From positions 25,420,001 to 25,484,000 of the forward strand of contig JBHGNT010000002.1 in NCBI GenBank assembly GCA_043228905.1: a stretch of DNA of 64,000 bases, in the 5' to 3' direction. Position 1 is the first letter of the stretch. The number at the start of each line of letters is the position of its first letter. Positions 40,150-53,812 of this stretch are shown piece by piece. Made by a program: the position numbers and the translations under genes. This DNA is from Azolla caroliniana (taxonomy: Eukaryota; Plantae; Polypodiophyta). The notes under the pieces were generated by a model. The model was not told the DNA's origin. It did not search any database and worked only from the letters and a program-made list of their open reading frames with translations.

Positions 40150-41110
40150 TTTCTCGATTTATTTGCATGCACTAAGTGTGATAGTTTCATTCAACACATC
40201 CACTCTATAAAGAAACACTTGGACCGCCATAGCATTGAATAACATCAATCTCAATTCTCATCCTTGAGTATCACTTTGTTGCATCAATTCTCAAGGATCT
40301 AATAGTTATTCCAACCCACTTGATGTTAGATTCATAGCATACATTCCAACTATTTGCCGATGGGCCATTAATACAAAGTTATTTTAATATTTGCATCACT
40401 TGTATTGGTTCTCCCTTTTATGTAGGAGTGGGTAGTTTCTTGGTTGTATTGTCTTTATTGCCATCATTTTTGTTTTGCCCATATTAACATTTTGCCAAAA
40501 TACACCTAGTGGTGCATAACATCCACATTTTATAAGAATAACACATCATCAACAAACAAGAGTATAAAAATAAGCTCTTGCATGAGCTTTGGGTCATCCA
40601 ATCCTTCTCCTTTTGTAGCCTTGTTTACTATTTCTTCTACTATATTAATGCATAGAGACAAGAGTATTGGGAGAGAGAGGATGTCCCATGTGTTGCCTAA
40701 GAAACCATTACCCATTTTTAATCAACATCTAACTAGCTCATACAATCATGCTATATTTACTTTATACACTAATGACATTCTCATCTTTGTCACTCATCTC
40801 TAAAGCTAACTTCTTGCTATGATGTCAACGGCTTTCTTGAAGTTGGCAAAAGAACAATATGATGTTTTCTCTTCAAGTCCACTTTCTTCCTTAATTACTC
40901 TTAGTGCAATCAAATTAATAGTGGATTGTTTTGGTCTTGAGCATGCTTGACCTAGTGGTCATTTGTGATGATGTTTAGCACATGATTTAATATTTTGTTC
41001 CATGATAACGTTATTTAACATGGACATCATTGAGCTAACCATGATAGTTTAATAGTTTCCCAACAATTTTTTGCCTCCACCTTTATGGATTTGTTTAACC
41101 TAATTCATTA
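40150..41110 (-). mobile_element. Decayed LINE reverse-transcriptase fragment
   Basis: The minus-strand translation gives ILLFVDDVL (LLFADD-like motif C) and an FANFKKA-like segment near 40830-40850, with many stops. Confidence 0.65.
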
Positions 41111-41439
41111 GCTAATATTCTAAAGGTGGTTTGATAGATTAATCTATGATAGTTTTGAGAGAGAGAGAGGGAGGGAGATGGAGGGAGGGAGGGAGAGCAT
41201 TCTAAAGATCAATTTAAAACTCGTATTACTAGATGGGCCAAGATTATGATAATAACTACTTTAAATGTGAATAAAGACTTTATACAAAAGAAGGGGCTTC
41301 ATTTAGATAGAGCTTTTATGGAAGTACAAATAGAAGTTAGGAATGGTCTGGCAATGATAGTAGTGGGTACCCACTTCATTTAACACAAAGGCATATGCTA
41401 GTCAATGGTGGACTTTGACACAGAGATGCCTCAAGGAGT

Positions 41440-42140
41440 GTGTTCATACACAAGGTGTGTAGTGGAGCTTATTATCTCCACAAGCCTCTTCAATCTCAAC
41501 CATGTCATATCATCAAGTGAAAAACAAGCTTGGTTTTCTTTTTTATTTCCCATCCAAGCGAAATCCACTAAGTAAATGTAGGTTGATGGTAATTATTTTA
41601 TGGATAATGCATCTAGTTACTTATTAATAGCCTAAGGAACCTCGAAAAATGGATTGGAGGCGACTTGCATATTTGATTGTCAATCGAACAAGGTCATGAT
41701 AGGCTTGCAATCCACCATATTGACTTTGAACAAGAAGTTCAATATATTGTGGTGATTTGGTCAACAAGATTCCACAAAAGTGTGGGGATGATCTTGATGT
41801 CAAGAAAGTAGTGAAGCTGATCCGTATCCTTCATTTCAAGCTTGGTGTTGAGTATAGACTTCACTTTCTTGATGGATATCACATGTCCTCCTTTGATTAC
41901 TAGGTCATCAACATACAAGAGGATGCATGTGGTATAACGAGGGTCAAGTCACACATAGAGGAGGTTTTCCAACTTGGACATGCCAAAGACAATGTTATGT
42001 AGGTACTATGTGATCTTAGAGTGCCACATCCTTGGTGGCAGGTGCTTGCTTGAAGTTGCACAATCCATAAGTGGGCCCCCAACTTGAATTGGGATCCTTG
42101 TTGCATGTAGACCTCTTCCTCAAGCTCTTTGATTTCCTAA
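41440..42140 (-). mobile_element. Decayed Ty1/Copia reverse-transcriptase fragment
   Basis: Minus-strand remnants resemble Copia RT: the EELYMQQ region near 42110, and a KLEMKD..LHYFL segment near 41800-41845. Confidence 0.6.
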
Positions 42141-43360
42141 CATCTTTTGATGGAGGTGCCAATGGTAAGCATTGATATTGTCTACATTGTCGTCATCACC
42201 ATGGGAACAAAGGTCTCATCATATTCCTAGCATCCTTTGATGGAGGTGCCACCCATTCACCATGGTAAGCACTAATATCATCTACATTGTCTTCATACCT
42301 GAGCTTTTTAATGATTGATAGTCTATCAAAGTTATACTTCACCTTATAGACTTGTATACATAGGATGACCTTCTTGTGTGGCCAAGATGAGATGAGAACT
42401 GACATAAAGTTGTTGTTGAGAGCTTGCCTAAAGTGAATCACAAGGTGCTTTGGTGAAGCTTTTGGGTCCGTGCATAACCACACTTTCGTTAGTCCTGACT
42501 CCTGACTATTCAAGAAGGATGATCTACAAGATGTGGGAAAACATTTAATCAATTGTTGGCAAGATGAGAAGGGAATGTGAAACTACTCATAAGCCTATGA
42601 GCAAAGACAAGATAATGAGAAAGTGAGCGCTCAATGTAATACCTTAATATGCACAAAAGGGCCAAGCCCAACTTAAACCATTTTTAATCGTTTAAATGTC
42701 AACTATTAAGATACTTGATGTTAATCATTAAAGAAATACATGAGATTCAAGAAATAAAGCACTAAGAATGGTATTAAGGAATCTCCTCCAACAAAATACA
42801 ATGGGCCCAAACACTAAAATTGAAGTTTAAGTTTGAGGCTTGGAATAGATAAGAAGACATAGATTAATATCTAAGTTTAGGAGGAGATAGAGATTAGAAT
42901 TTAGGACATTCTTAAGTTCTAGCTACTTCTTCTTTTTGCATAAATAGTAACGCATCAATTATGAAACTTAAATTACAATCTATGGAAATATGATATCCTA
43001 TCAACTCATCACAAAATTGATCGGGTATGACAACCTCCCTTAAGAGTCTGAAAGGGAAACTACCATACCTATTAGGAGGTACAAACTTCGGATGCTGGAT
43101 ATATGACACATAGGCTCGTTGAAGTTGTTGTTCAACACATCGTCTGTGCGTGAAACTATTAGAAGCATTGCTTTTAATCTCACTGAGGAAAGAAGAGAAT
43201 CTATTTTGAACAATATCTCATCGTGTGTTGACGGATTTGGGTGCGAGGTGTAGCTATTAAGGTGTATTGCAATCAATATATTGATGATGGGAATTTTATT
43301 TTATTTTCCAAAATTTGATGATGGGAATTGGTTAGATGCGACTACAAAATGTTGTAATTT

Positions 43361-43605
43361 ACTAGATGCCATTGTGGAATGTCAGGGGTTGAACCCATTA
43401 CCTTCTGGGTTTCCAATGGAAATTGAAATTTGACAACCTTACCAACCGAGCAAAATATCAATTAAACCTAAACCTCTTTCTCTCTATCTTACTATTAGGA
43501 CTATGTCTTGGGTTCAAAACTCATATACTAGATATTGTCGTGGAATGTAGGGGTTGAACTCATGATCTCCTAGTCTCCATTGGGCAACCTTACCAACTAA
43601 GCTAC
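43361..43605 (-). mobile_element. Two tRNA-derived SINE-head-like copies (43361-43451, 43527-43605)
   Basis: The reverse complement reads tagcttagttggtaagg..gagttcaacccc in copy 2 and gctcggttggtaagg..gggttcaacccc in copy 1. These are Pol III A-box and B-box-like motifs at tRNA spacing, with no intact cloverleaf. Confidence 0.55.
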
Positions 43606-43641
43606 ATCCATTTGCTCTCTTCTTTGGTCTCTCTCTCTTAA

Positions 43642-43797
43642 TGTTCTTGTGTGGAATGCATACATACAATGATACATACATTACATGAGGAGAGTCGAGT
43701 CTCCATTGGTCGTCACACACACACACACACACTCATTGTTCTTGTGTGGAATGCATACATACATACATTACATGAGGAGAGTAGAGTCTCCATTGGT

Positions 43798-43829
<32 letters not shown>

Positions 43830-44381
43830 CTCTCTCTCTCTCTCATTGTTCTTGTGTGGAATGCATACATACAATACATGAGGAGAGTCAAGTCTCCATT
43901 GGTCTCTCTCTCTCCTCTCTCTCTCTCTCATAGTTCTTGTGTGGAATGCATACATACAGTACATGAGGAGAGTCAAGTCTCCATTGGTCTCTCTCTCTCA
44001 TTGTTGTTGTGTGGAATGCATACATACATACATACATACATGAGGAGAGTCAAGTCTCCATTGGTCACTCCCTCTCTCTCTCATTGTTCTTGTGTGGAAT
44101 ACATACATACATTACATGAGGAGAGTCAAGTTTCTATTGGTCACTCCCTCCCTCTCTCTCTCTCTCTCATTGTTCTTGTGTGGAATACATACATACATGC
44201 ATACATACATACATACATACATATATACATACATTACATGAGGAGAGTCAAGTCTCCATTGGTCACTCCCTCTCTTTCTCATTGTTCTTGTGTGGAATAC
44301 ATACATACATGCATACATACATAGATACATACATGCATGCATACATACATACATACAATGATACATGAGGAGAGTCAAGTT
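43642..44381. repeat. Composite minisatellite, 8 units of two constant blocks separated by variable microsatellites
   Basis: Each unit is block A (tgttcttgtgtggaat(g/a)cata), (ATAC)n, block B (tacatgaggagagtcaagtctccattggtc), then (CA)n/(CT)n. Confidence 0.92.
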
Positions 44382-44869
44382 CTATAACATACACTCTTCT
44401 TCTTTTAAGTTTGCAGTGTTGTGTAAGGCAGGACCCTACACGAGAAAAATGCTCTTTTCGTGTTTGATTTCATTCAGAACCCTAAAAGAAACACCACCGT
44501 GAAGGAACAGAGTTTGGAAAGCAATGAAGAAAGAATAGGTCCGGGTGAGTGTGCAAGAAGAAAGCACACAGAACAAAGCCTTCCTCACTACCACTACCTC
44601 TGCATTCACATGTATGTATCTTTTATAACAATACTGTAGAATGGTCTTCTCTTCAAATCTAGTGTATAAAATCATACCGAGTCTTCATCCAACCTCATCA
44701 TCTTCCTCTTCTTCTTCTTCTTCTTCTTCTTTTCCATCCCAAACCCTAATTCTACATTACCTTTTCCCACTTGTTTATTCCTGTTGATTCTTTGGGTTGT
44801 TTTTTTTTATACGGGAAAGAACACTCTGATTCTCAAGAGCCTTGGATTTCTTGGATTAAAAAAAAAAAA

Positions 44870-45140
44870 AAGGAACCCTAATTCTTGGGTTTCCTGATCA
44901 AAGAAGACCCCCTTGATTCTTGGGTTTCCCGATCAAAGAAGACCCATAATTCTTGGGTTTCCTGATTAAAACCCAGGCTCTGTAGATTTTTTCTTGGTCT
45001 ACTTGATAGACAAAAACCCCACTGTGTTTGGTTTCCAGATAAAAGCCCTAGTTCCTGGGTTGCCAGGTAAAACCCTAATTGTTTGAGTTGCCAGAGAAAA
45101 CCCTCATTCTGGGTTTTCTGATCAAGACCCTATTTTTGAA
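44870..45140. promoter_or_regulatory. Degenerate ~30-bp repeats with telo-box-like AACCCTA upstream of the thioredoxin ATG
   Basis: The unit aaccctaattcttgggtttcctgatcaaaga recurs with variation. Confidence 0.5.
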
Positions 45141-45431
45141 GATTGGCGGCTTGCCCCATTCAAATCCTGATTCTGAATATTCATAGGTTCTCCTAAAAAA
45201 ACTCTAATTTTATTAAACAAAGCCCTGATTCTGTGTATTCTTCCGTTACCTCTTCTGCATATTGTAAGAAACTATAATTCTAAGTTGCTCATCAGAAAAC
45301 TCTAATCCTACATATTCTTGGGTTATTTGATAATAAGAAAAAACCCGAACTCTGCAAAACCCTGTTTTCTTAATAATAACAACAAAAATAATAAATACAC
45401 AAGTAACAGGTAGCCCTTATTGTGTGAATCG

Positions 45432-47207
45432 ATGGCACAGAACCTTCAAAGAACCTTATGCAATATCTCTTCTTTTCCAAAGTCATCTCATCCGAATCAT
45501 ACTACGAGCCAAAGAAATACCTCTAATTTGTTCGTCGAGAAGTTCAGATCTAGGAATTCTTATAGATCTCATCATCTCAGAATGGTTGAAAGATTCTCCT
45601 TTGATAGAGATGAGTTCTTTAAAATCCAGAAGAAATCTCTTCTTCTTCCACATGCCCAATCAGCTGAAATCCAGGTATGAACAATCTTAACCATTTTTTC
45701 GTCTCATATATTTAGGTATACGTATTTTTCATGCTATTGATGTGCACATGTAGTTTGATCAATCAGTTGTGTATGGAATCACGTCTTTGGTGTTAGTTTG
45801 GATGTGTTTTATGGCATGATAGGCATCAAAGATGTATGTGATGATACCAGAACAGAAAATGTGTTTTACAACATGAGAGTGATGGGATATGTTTGTGATG
45901 ATTAAATAACTTGTTTTACAACATGAGAGGTATGACTATAGATGCGTTCTATAACATGAGAACGATTGGTTATGTATGTGATGATGCTTCTGGCATCATT
46001 AGATGATGTGTTTTACAACTCGAGAATAATGGTATGTGAATTTGATATTGCTGGGGACCATGATTCCAGTATCATTACAGATGGGAGTCAGCATGAAAAC
46101 CAGTGAGAATATGCGGTGGTATCGTTATGAAGATGTGTTTTACAACGTGAGAAGTGGGTTTCTACATGATCATTTGGATTCAGAGATGGAATCATCGAAA
46201 GGGGGCTTGTTAAGTGGAAACAAGAGAATATGCTCAGACATGGAGTGGCTAGCTAGGAACTTACCAATGAAGAGTAAATGTATTTGAATAGAAATTTGTC
46301 TTCCTTGTTGGTGGTGGTGCTAGGTGAACATTAGCATCAGGATTGAATAATAACTAGTAATTACCTTAACTAAAGAATAAGAGAGCTCAGATAGGATAGC
46401 TTACCCTTATAGCCATGAAACCTGCCTTCATCTACTTGACGAGGTTATGTGCATGCTATTAACAAGACCGAGTGTCAATTTTCATAAGCTGCCATTGAAG
46501 GTCACAGTGGTGGCTTGTAAAAAAACATCCTTCAAATGTGCTACTAAGTTAAAGTCATGCAGATAAAATAAATTCTATGATTTGGCTATATAGATTGGAT
46601 GAAATTTTATAATGCATTGTTATCAGGATCAAACGGCACCCGTATCCGCATGCGATGATGATGACCATTCTCCCAAATGGTGGGAAAGAGATTTAGGTAT
46701 TACCTTGAAAGATGTGCATTCTACCCAAGAGCTGGAGGAGATGATCATGGAAGCTGAAGGAAAACTTGTAGTAGTAGAGTTTTTTGCGAGTTGGTGTGGT
46801 TCTTGTAGGGCTTTGTATCCAAAGGTACTATGGCTATAATTATCAATCTTGACTTTTCAATGTTAATGGAAGTTTGAATAAAGACATATTGTACTGTTTT
46901 TTTGCCAGTTATGCAAACTTGCAATTGAGCACAAAGACGTCGTCTTTGCTAAAGTAAACTTTGATGAGAGTAAACCACTTTGTAAGAGCCTAAAGATAAA
47001 AGTGCTTCCATACTTCCACTTCTATCAAGGAACATTCGAACAAGTAGATTCATTCTCTTGCAACCTTTCAAAGGTTAGAAATCTCATTGTTGTCCTCAAA
47101 AACAATAATATTTTTTCTGAAGTTTTTCCAACTTATATTTACCAAGTTTTCCTTTGATCTTCTAGTTGCAAAAGCTAAAGGATGCTCTTGCTAAATATAC
47201 TGTTTAA
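45432..47207 (+). CDS. ACHT: Atypical Cys/His-rich (Lilium-type) chloroplast thioredoxin; exons 45432-45674, 46627-46824, 46909-47073, 47166-47207 (215 aa)
   Basis: Motifs [54 protein letters not shown] and SFSCNLSKLQKLKDAL are present. The N-terminus looks like a transit peptide, and all introns are phase-0 GT-AG. Confidence 0.9.
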
Positions 47208-48665
47208 GCATGAGGATTACAATCAACACAATATATCAAGAGGGGAGAAGATGCAATTTACTATTGCATAGGTGGGATCTACATGAATATTTTTGAAATT
47301 TAGATAAAAAAGAAATGTTATTGGATCAATTTTACAAGCAACAGTATATACCACACAGTCAGTACAAAATTTTATTGATAACATGAGAGAGAGAGAAAGA
47401 GAGAGAGGCTTGTCCTTGCAATTTGTTTACAACTGTTAAAACTATTCATATGTATTATAGCATATCAACCTGTAACTTACGAGTTGTGTTCAGTCTTTCT
47501 CTACACAATCACTAATAACAAGACACTACTCAATCATGAATAACAATTGCTTTACAAGTTTTGCTTCTTGTAGTGTAAAATTGTACATAAGATACAATCT
47601 CATAATCCCCCAATACCACAAGAGCTCAAAAACTATATGGAAGTGATTAAATGAAACTTGAAATTACTTGTGAGAAAACTCATTTCAAAGGGGTTTTCAT
47701 GCACCAAAATAGAAGCCCGCTCTGTAGATTTCTGTAAGTCCAGACCAAGTTATGTTTTGTGCTGTTGAGTCATCTTAGATGGTGGTAATTTATACTCTTC
47801 TTCCTAATCCAATCTTCAAACTTTTGCAAAAAATGCTACCAAATCACTAATGGGAATATGTTTCCATGTTGCAATTGTGTTGTAAAGTCTACATAAATCT
47901 TGGGATAAATTCATGTCTTTTAACATGGTTCAACAGTCTGTGTAGTTCTTGGACTAGTACGATATAAATTCAATAACTAGATATTCATGATTAACATGTT
48001 TCAATTTGGTTCCAATAGCATTAAATGTCGATGACCAAGAGCATCATGTTCTTAAGAGGGAACACCACAGGAATTTTTTCGCTTTTTATTACAACATTCT
48101 AATCATTTCAATTTTAACAGCAAAGACTAGTAAACTTTGTTAGACAAGTTACTTCCATGAAAAACACAGTTTGCTATCTTTAAATATTCCTCAAAAGGAA
48201 GTAACATCCTCACCATTCAAATCATGACCTCAAACATATAGCAAGTACAGGCATTTGTAGGTGATTTTCCAGCAGAACTGCTTTATTTAATGTTTTCTAA
48301 CTGAAAACAAAGTCATTCTAAAGAGAAAGCAAAATAAGATTCATGTTGCTGAAAACAAAGACGAGGATATGTTCCCAAAATTGAACAAACATTTCTAATT
48401 GCACTCAAATGTACATCATGCCGACCAAAATAATGTATCTATTCTAATGTAAATGAAAAAAATGTATTATGCTGCTGTTCACCCATAATCCAAATCAAAA
48501 CGAGAAGCGTACATTTTGATATACCATGTTTCATGTACGCATCAGAGGCTATGCGTACATTCCATCTCCAATATACAATGGGAGAAACATCCTTTCTTTG
48601 TCTGAAAAGGAAGCAATTGCTTGGTTCCTGTGAGTATTCAAAACTTCATTGCAACATGAACACAT

Positions 48666-50205
<1,540 letters not shown>

Positions 50206-50337
50206 CTATCTCAATCCCCGTCTCTGTTTCTCTGTCTCTCTGTTTCTCTGTTTCTCTGTGACCCTGTTTCTCTGTGTGTGATGGGTGTCTGAATCTCTGT
50301 GTCTGAGACCAAGGCCTTATACTTTTGTTCAATTATG

Positions 50338-50410
50338 TTTTAGGGTTTTTTTTTGTTTTGTGATTTTATTTAGGGTTTTGATCTGATTTAGGTTTGCAAT
50401 TAGGGTTTTC
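50338..50410 (-). promoter_or_regulatory. Three telo-boxes (AAACCCTAA on the DIM1 strand) upstream of DIM1
   Basis: ttagggttt occurs at ~50340, ~50370 and ~50400. Telo-boxes are typical of plant ribosome-biogenesis gene promoters. Confidence 0.6.
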
Positions 50411-50499
50411 GATCCCTGTGGGTCGTTCGGCTGGGCGGGGGTAACGGGCGGGCAAGATTCACCCTTAGAATCAATGGCATAGTCTTTTATCGAGTGAAC

Positions 50500-50772
50500 C
50501 AAGAATCGGCAACGGTTTCGCCGTAACTGGCTTGGCCTTTTCCAAACCAAACCGATTAAACCTTAATCGGTTTGGAAGCTTTCAAACTTGAACCAAACCG
50601 GTTCCTTTCTAAACAGGTTTAGCCTTAACTGGTTTGGGCATATCCGATTCTATTCGGCCAAACCGGTTTGTGAAGCTCAAGCCTAAACCGAGCTGAACCG
50701 AACCACCAAACCATTTTGATAAACGGTTTAATGGCTCAGTTGAGGCTTGAACCTAGTTGTTGCCGACTCCTA
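50500..50772. mobile_element. hAT-type MITE, copy 3 (273 bp), between DIM1 and SDH2
   Basis: TIRs are caagaatcggcaac / gttgccgactccta, and the 8-bp TSD is gagtgaac / gattgaac (1 mismatch). The interior is similar to 37969-38258. Confidence 0.85.
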
Positions 50773-51359
50773 GATTGAACAATGGGACATGTGTCACACA
50801 TGTAGCAAGCTAGAGTAGTAAGGCTTCTTGTTTTTATGGATCATCATCAATTATTGGAGTTTTCGTGCCTTTGTTCAATCATGGGCATAAAAAAAAATGT
50901 TTTACGAAATGTAGAATGTCGAGGAGCAAACTAGAAACCTTTATAATTGTAGCATTGTGGAAATAGAAACAAGTGCCTATAGTTTGGGTCACAATAATCC
51001 CCGTTGTTGTGTTTACATTACATACCACCTCCATCCACATCAGATCAACCAACATGAATCAAAGGAGTGCGTACTTCTCTCGAATCCAATATTCGTTCGC
51101 AAACATGCTATATAAAAGTTAACGATCATCGTTCATAACGAATGTGCTTGGTGGTTTCCGGAAGTAAGCAAGCATGCTCCTTCAAAACTTTGTGGATTTG
51201 AGCCGAGAACCCACCAGGAAACACAAACCATCTCTAGAGCTTTATATATAGATGTTAAAACAAATGATGAAAGAAGATAAAAATCAAAACAACAAAAAAT
51301 GTGCGTTTCTCTTAAAAAAGCAAATACCAGGCTAATGACATGTTTTTTTTCCTAACTAC

Positions 51360-51400
51360 CACGTGTCAAATTAATGAAAATTAAATACCTAATGCATGGG
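51360..51400 (+). promoter_or_regulatory. ABRE/G-box (CACGTGTC) plus RY-like (TGCATG) motifs upstream of the SDH2-3-like gene
   Basis: cacgtgtc is at 51360-51367 and tgcatg at 51393-51398. Confidence 0.45.
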
Positions 51401-51556
51401 TTACATGAATCACTATTTCCCTCCCCCTTCTCTCTTGTCTCTCTACTCACATCATATTGTTAATTGTTAATCCTTCTCATTTCACTCATTAATTACAAGC
51501 TTCTTAACATATAGCATTTAATGATTAATTTCATCCCTAATCATTCATACCATACT

Positions 51557-53616
51557 ATGGTGCCCCCTTGCAACAATAATGTCGTTGCCTTGATTCGGCG
51601 ATCGGTAAACATGTCTGCAATGCTCCTTCAACCTCCTATAAGTAATAATAATCTAGTATACGTCAAATCTTGTTGGCATTGGCAATGTGCGCAATCGAAC
51701 TTAATAAAATGTCATACCTTGGTTAGAGGATTCTCAAGAAAAGTGAGCCCTGACATGGAAGAGGTGGCCAATATCTGTGACGTGTCCTGATCTACCCTTT
51801 CTCTTCTCTCTTAGAAGAGAGTAAAGGAATTCCAAGTTTACCAATGGAATCCCGAGACCCCAAGCAAACCTTACATGCAATCATTCCAAATCGACGTAAG
51901 TGAATGTGGACCAATGGTAAGCTTGTCATCATTTTGAGTCAATTAATTATATTTCAAGGTGTAGAATCTTTCTCTTAATTTTGTAAGGCATTTGATAAAA
52001 TACATGGACTCTCATCTAGTTGTAACTTGTAAGAGAGGATTTTATGACTCTTGTTTTCTAAATTTATATGTTTTTTGGTGGCTAAATAATATCCATGCAT
52101 CTCTTTCCTCGTACATATGACTATTCCCAAATATGAATTACCAATTGAGAGGATTGTTGATGATATTATATTACAAAGTACATTTTGACCAAATATGTGC
52201 TTCAAAACGCATTCGTTCGATGATATAACATAATTTACTTGCTATAACTGTTTTTCATGTTCCCAAATATGGGGAAATGATAAGTTTACATGTTGCGCAT
52301 ATAGGATAGCAATTATTATAAACGTTGCTATAAAGCCAAGAGAATCCCTTGGATGGCTGTTGGAGCCCCATTGCCATTTCAGTGCTATAATTCTCATAAG
52401 ATTTACATTTTGACCATAGTTTCGTTTTACGCCAAATGGCCAGATGGATCGTGGCTACTATTAGGGATTGAGAGATTCGCCGATGTAATTTGTTTCCCTC
52501 AATGGGTATGTACATGTCTATTTCATGCCATGAAGGAACCATGTTATGTCACATCATGAAGGAACCATGTTTACTCATATATGTTTAGCTAGCATTAAAA
52601 CAAATGTTTGGGTTATGAATTGTTTGTTTTGGTAATAAATTAGGAAAAACCCTTTCAATCATTTGTGTTTGCTATTATAATGACCTTGGCATTAGTAATT
52701 GATATTTACATATTTTGTGATACATTCAATATCAGGTACTTGATGCTCTTCACAAGATAAAGTCTGAGCATGATGCTTCGTTAACATTTCGACGCTTGTC
52801 GAGAAGGGGTTTGTGGCTCATGTTCAATGAACATCAATGGAGTAAACACTCTTGCATGTCTATGTATGATCAATCCAAACATAACAAAACCACAAGTAGT
52901 GAGGCCACTTCCCCATCTCTACGTCGTCAAAGATTTAGTGGTTGATTTAACCCATCTTTATCAACAATACAAGTAAGTTATCATTGGGGATAACTATTTT
53001 AAAAATCTAAACTTAGGTTTAAAATGTGAGTGTGTTTCTATTACCTAATCAAGTTTTTTATGTTCTTACATTTCTAGTATTCTAAAGTGTGAAATGGTTT
53101 GGCTTAGGGCTTATCGAACCATGGTTGAAAACTAAGAAGCCCTCATATGGGAAGGAGTCCAATCAATCCATACTACAACGTGGAAAACTAAATGGTTTGT
53201 ACGAATGTATATGTGCTTTTGTTGTAGTTCTGCTTGCCCATCATATTGGTGGAATTCGGATCGATTTCTAGGGCCAGCAACTTTGATCAATGCTTCTCGA
53301 TGGATTCAAGATAGGTAAGGGAAATATTTAATCATTTCACTACAAATTGCACTTCAATTCATGTCAGTCAATTAGATTTATCAATTTATATTCATTAATG
53401 TACCTTCTCATCTATGTTGTGAACAGTAGGGACAACTACACAAAGGAAAGGTTGGATTCACTATTCGATTTTTGGGCGACATATCGTTGCAAATTTATAA
53501 TGAATTGTGCAGCCACATGCCCAAAACATCTTAACCCTGGGAAGGCAATTCATCAAATCAAAGCGATGCAGATTGAGTCTGCCCTCAATAGTAAGGGCCA
53601 AATGTTTGAAAATTAG
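51557..53616 (+). pseudogene. SDH2: Succinate dehydrogenase iron-sulfur subunit, SDH2-3-like, frameshifted; exons ~51557-51742, 51815-51916, 52736-52972, ~53108-53314, 53427-53616
   Basis: The exons encode [15 protein letters not shown]|[62 protein letters not shown] and YRCKFIMNCAATCPKHLNP. A 2-nt deletion at ~52796 (FRR-S-CREG) and a 1-nt deletion at ~53213 (YECI-L-C) break the frame. Confidence 0.85.
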
Positions 53617-53635
53617 ACAACAATATTGTAGAATA

Positions 53636-53812
53636 GTAGTTCCTATCACCAGGCAAACAATGAGTGCGACGATTTGAAGTCCAAGAATGGTAACATTCAT
53701 TGAAATGTTGCATTATTTTTTTTGTCCAATTGTAGTTCCTATCAATAGGCAAACAATGAGTGTTCGTGGACGATGTGAAGTCCAAGAATGGTAACGTTCA
53801 TCAAAATGTTGC
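53636..53812. repeat. ~96-bp-period tandem duplication just after the SDH2 stop
   Basis: gtagttcctatca..aggcaaacaatgagtg..gaagtccaagaatggtaac.ttcat..aaatgttgc occurs twice. Confidence 0.85.

Noticed and set aside
43527-43605. Functional tRNA gene
   Set aside because: A/B-box-like motifs are present, but I could not fold an acceptor and anticodon stem. It is treated as a SINE-like remnant.
43642-44381. CRISPR-like repeat-spacer array
   Set aside because: The spacers are microsatellites rather than unique sequence, there are no cas genes, and the context is eukaryotic.
52790-53220. Compensating or programmed frameshift, or RNA-editing rescue, of SDH2
   Set aside because: A stop codon lies between the two deletions, and insertional editing is not known for plant nuclear mRNAs.
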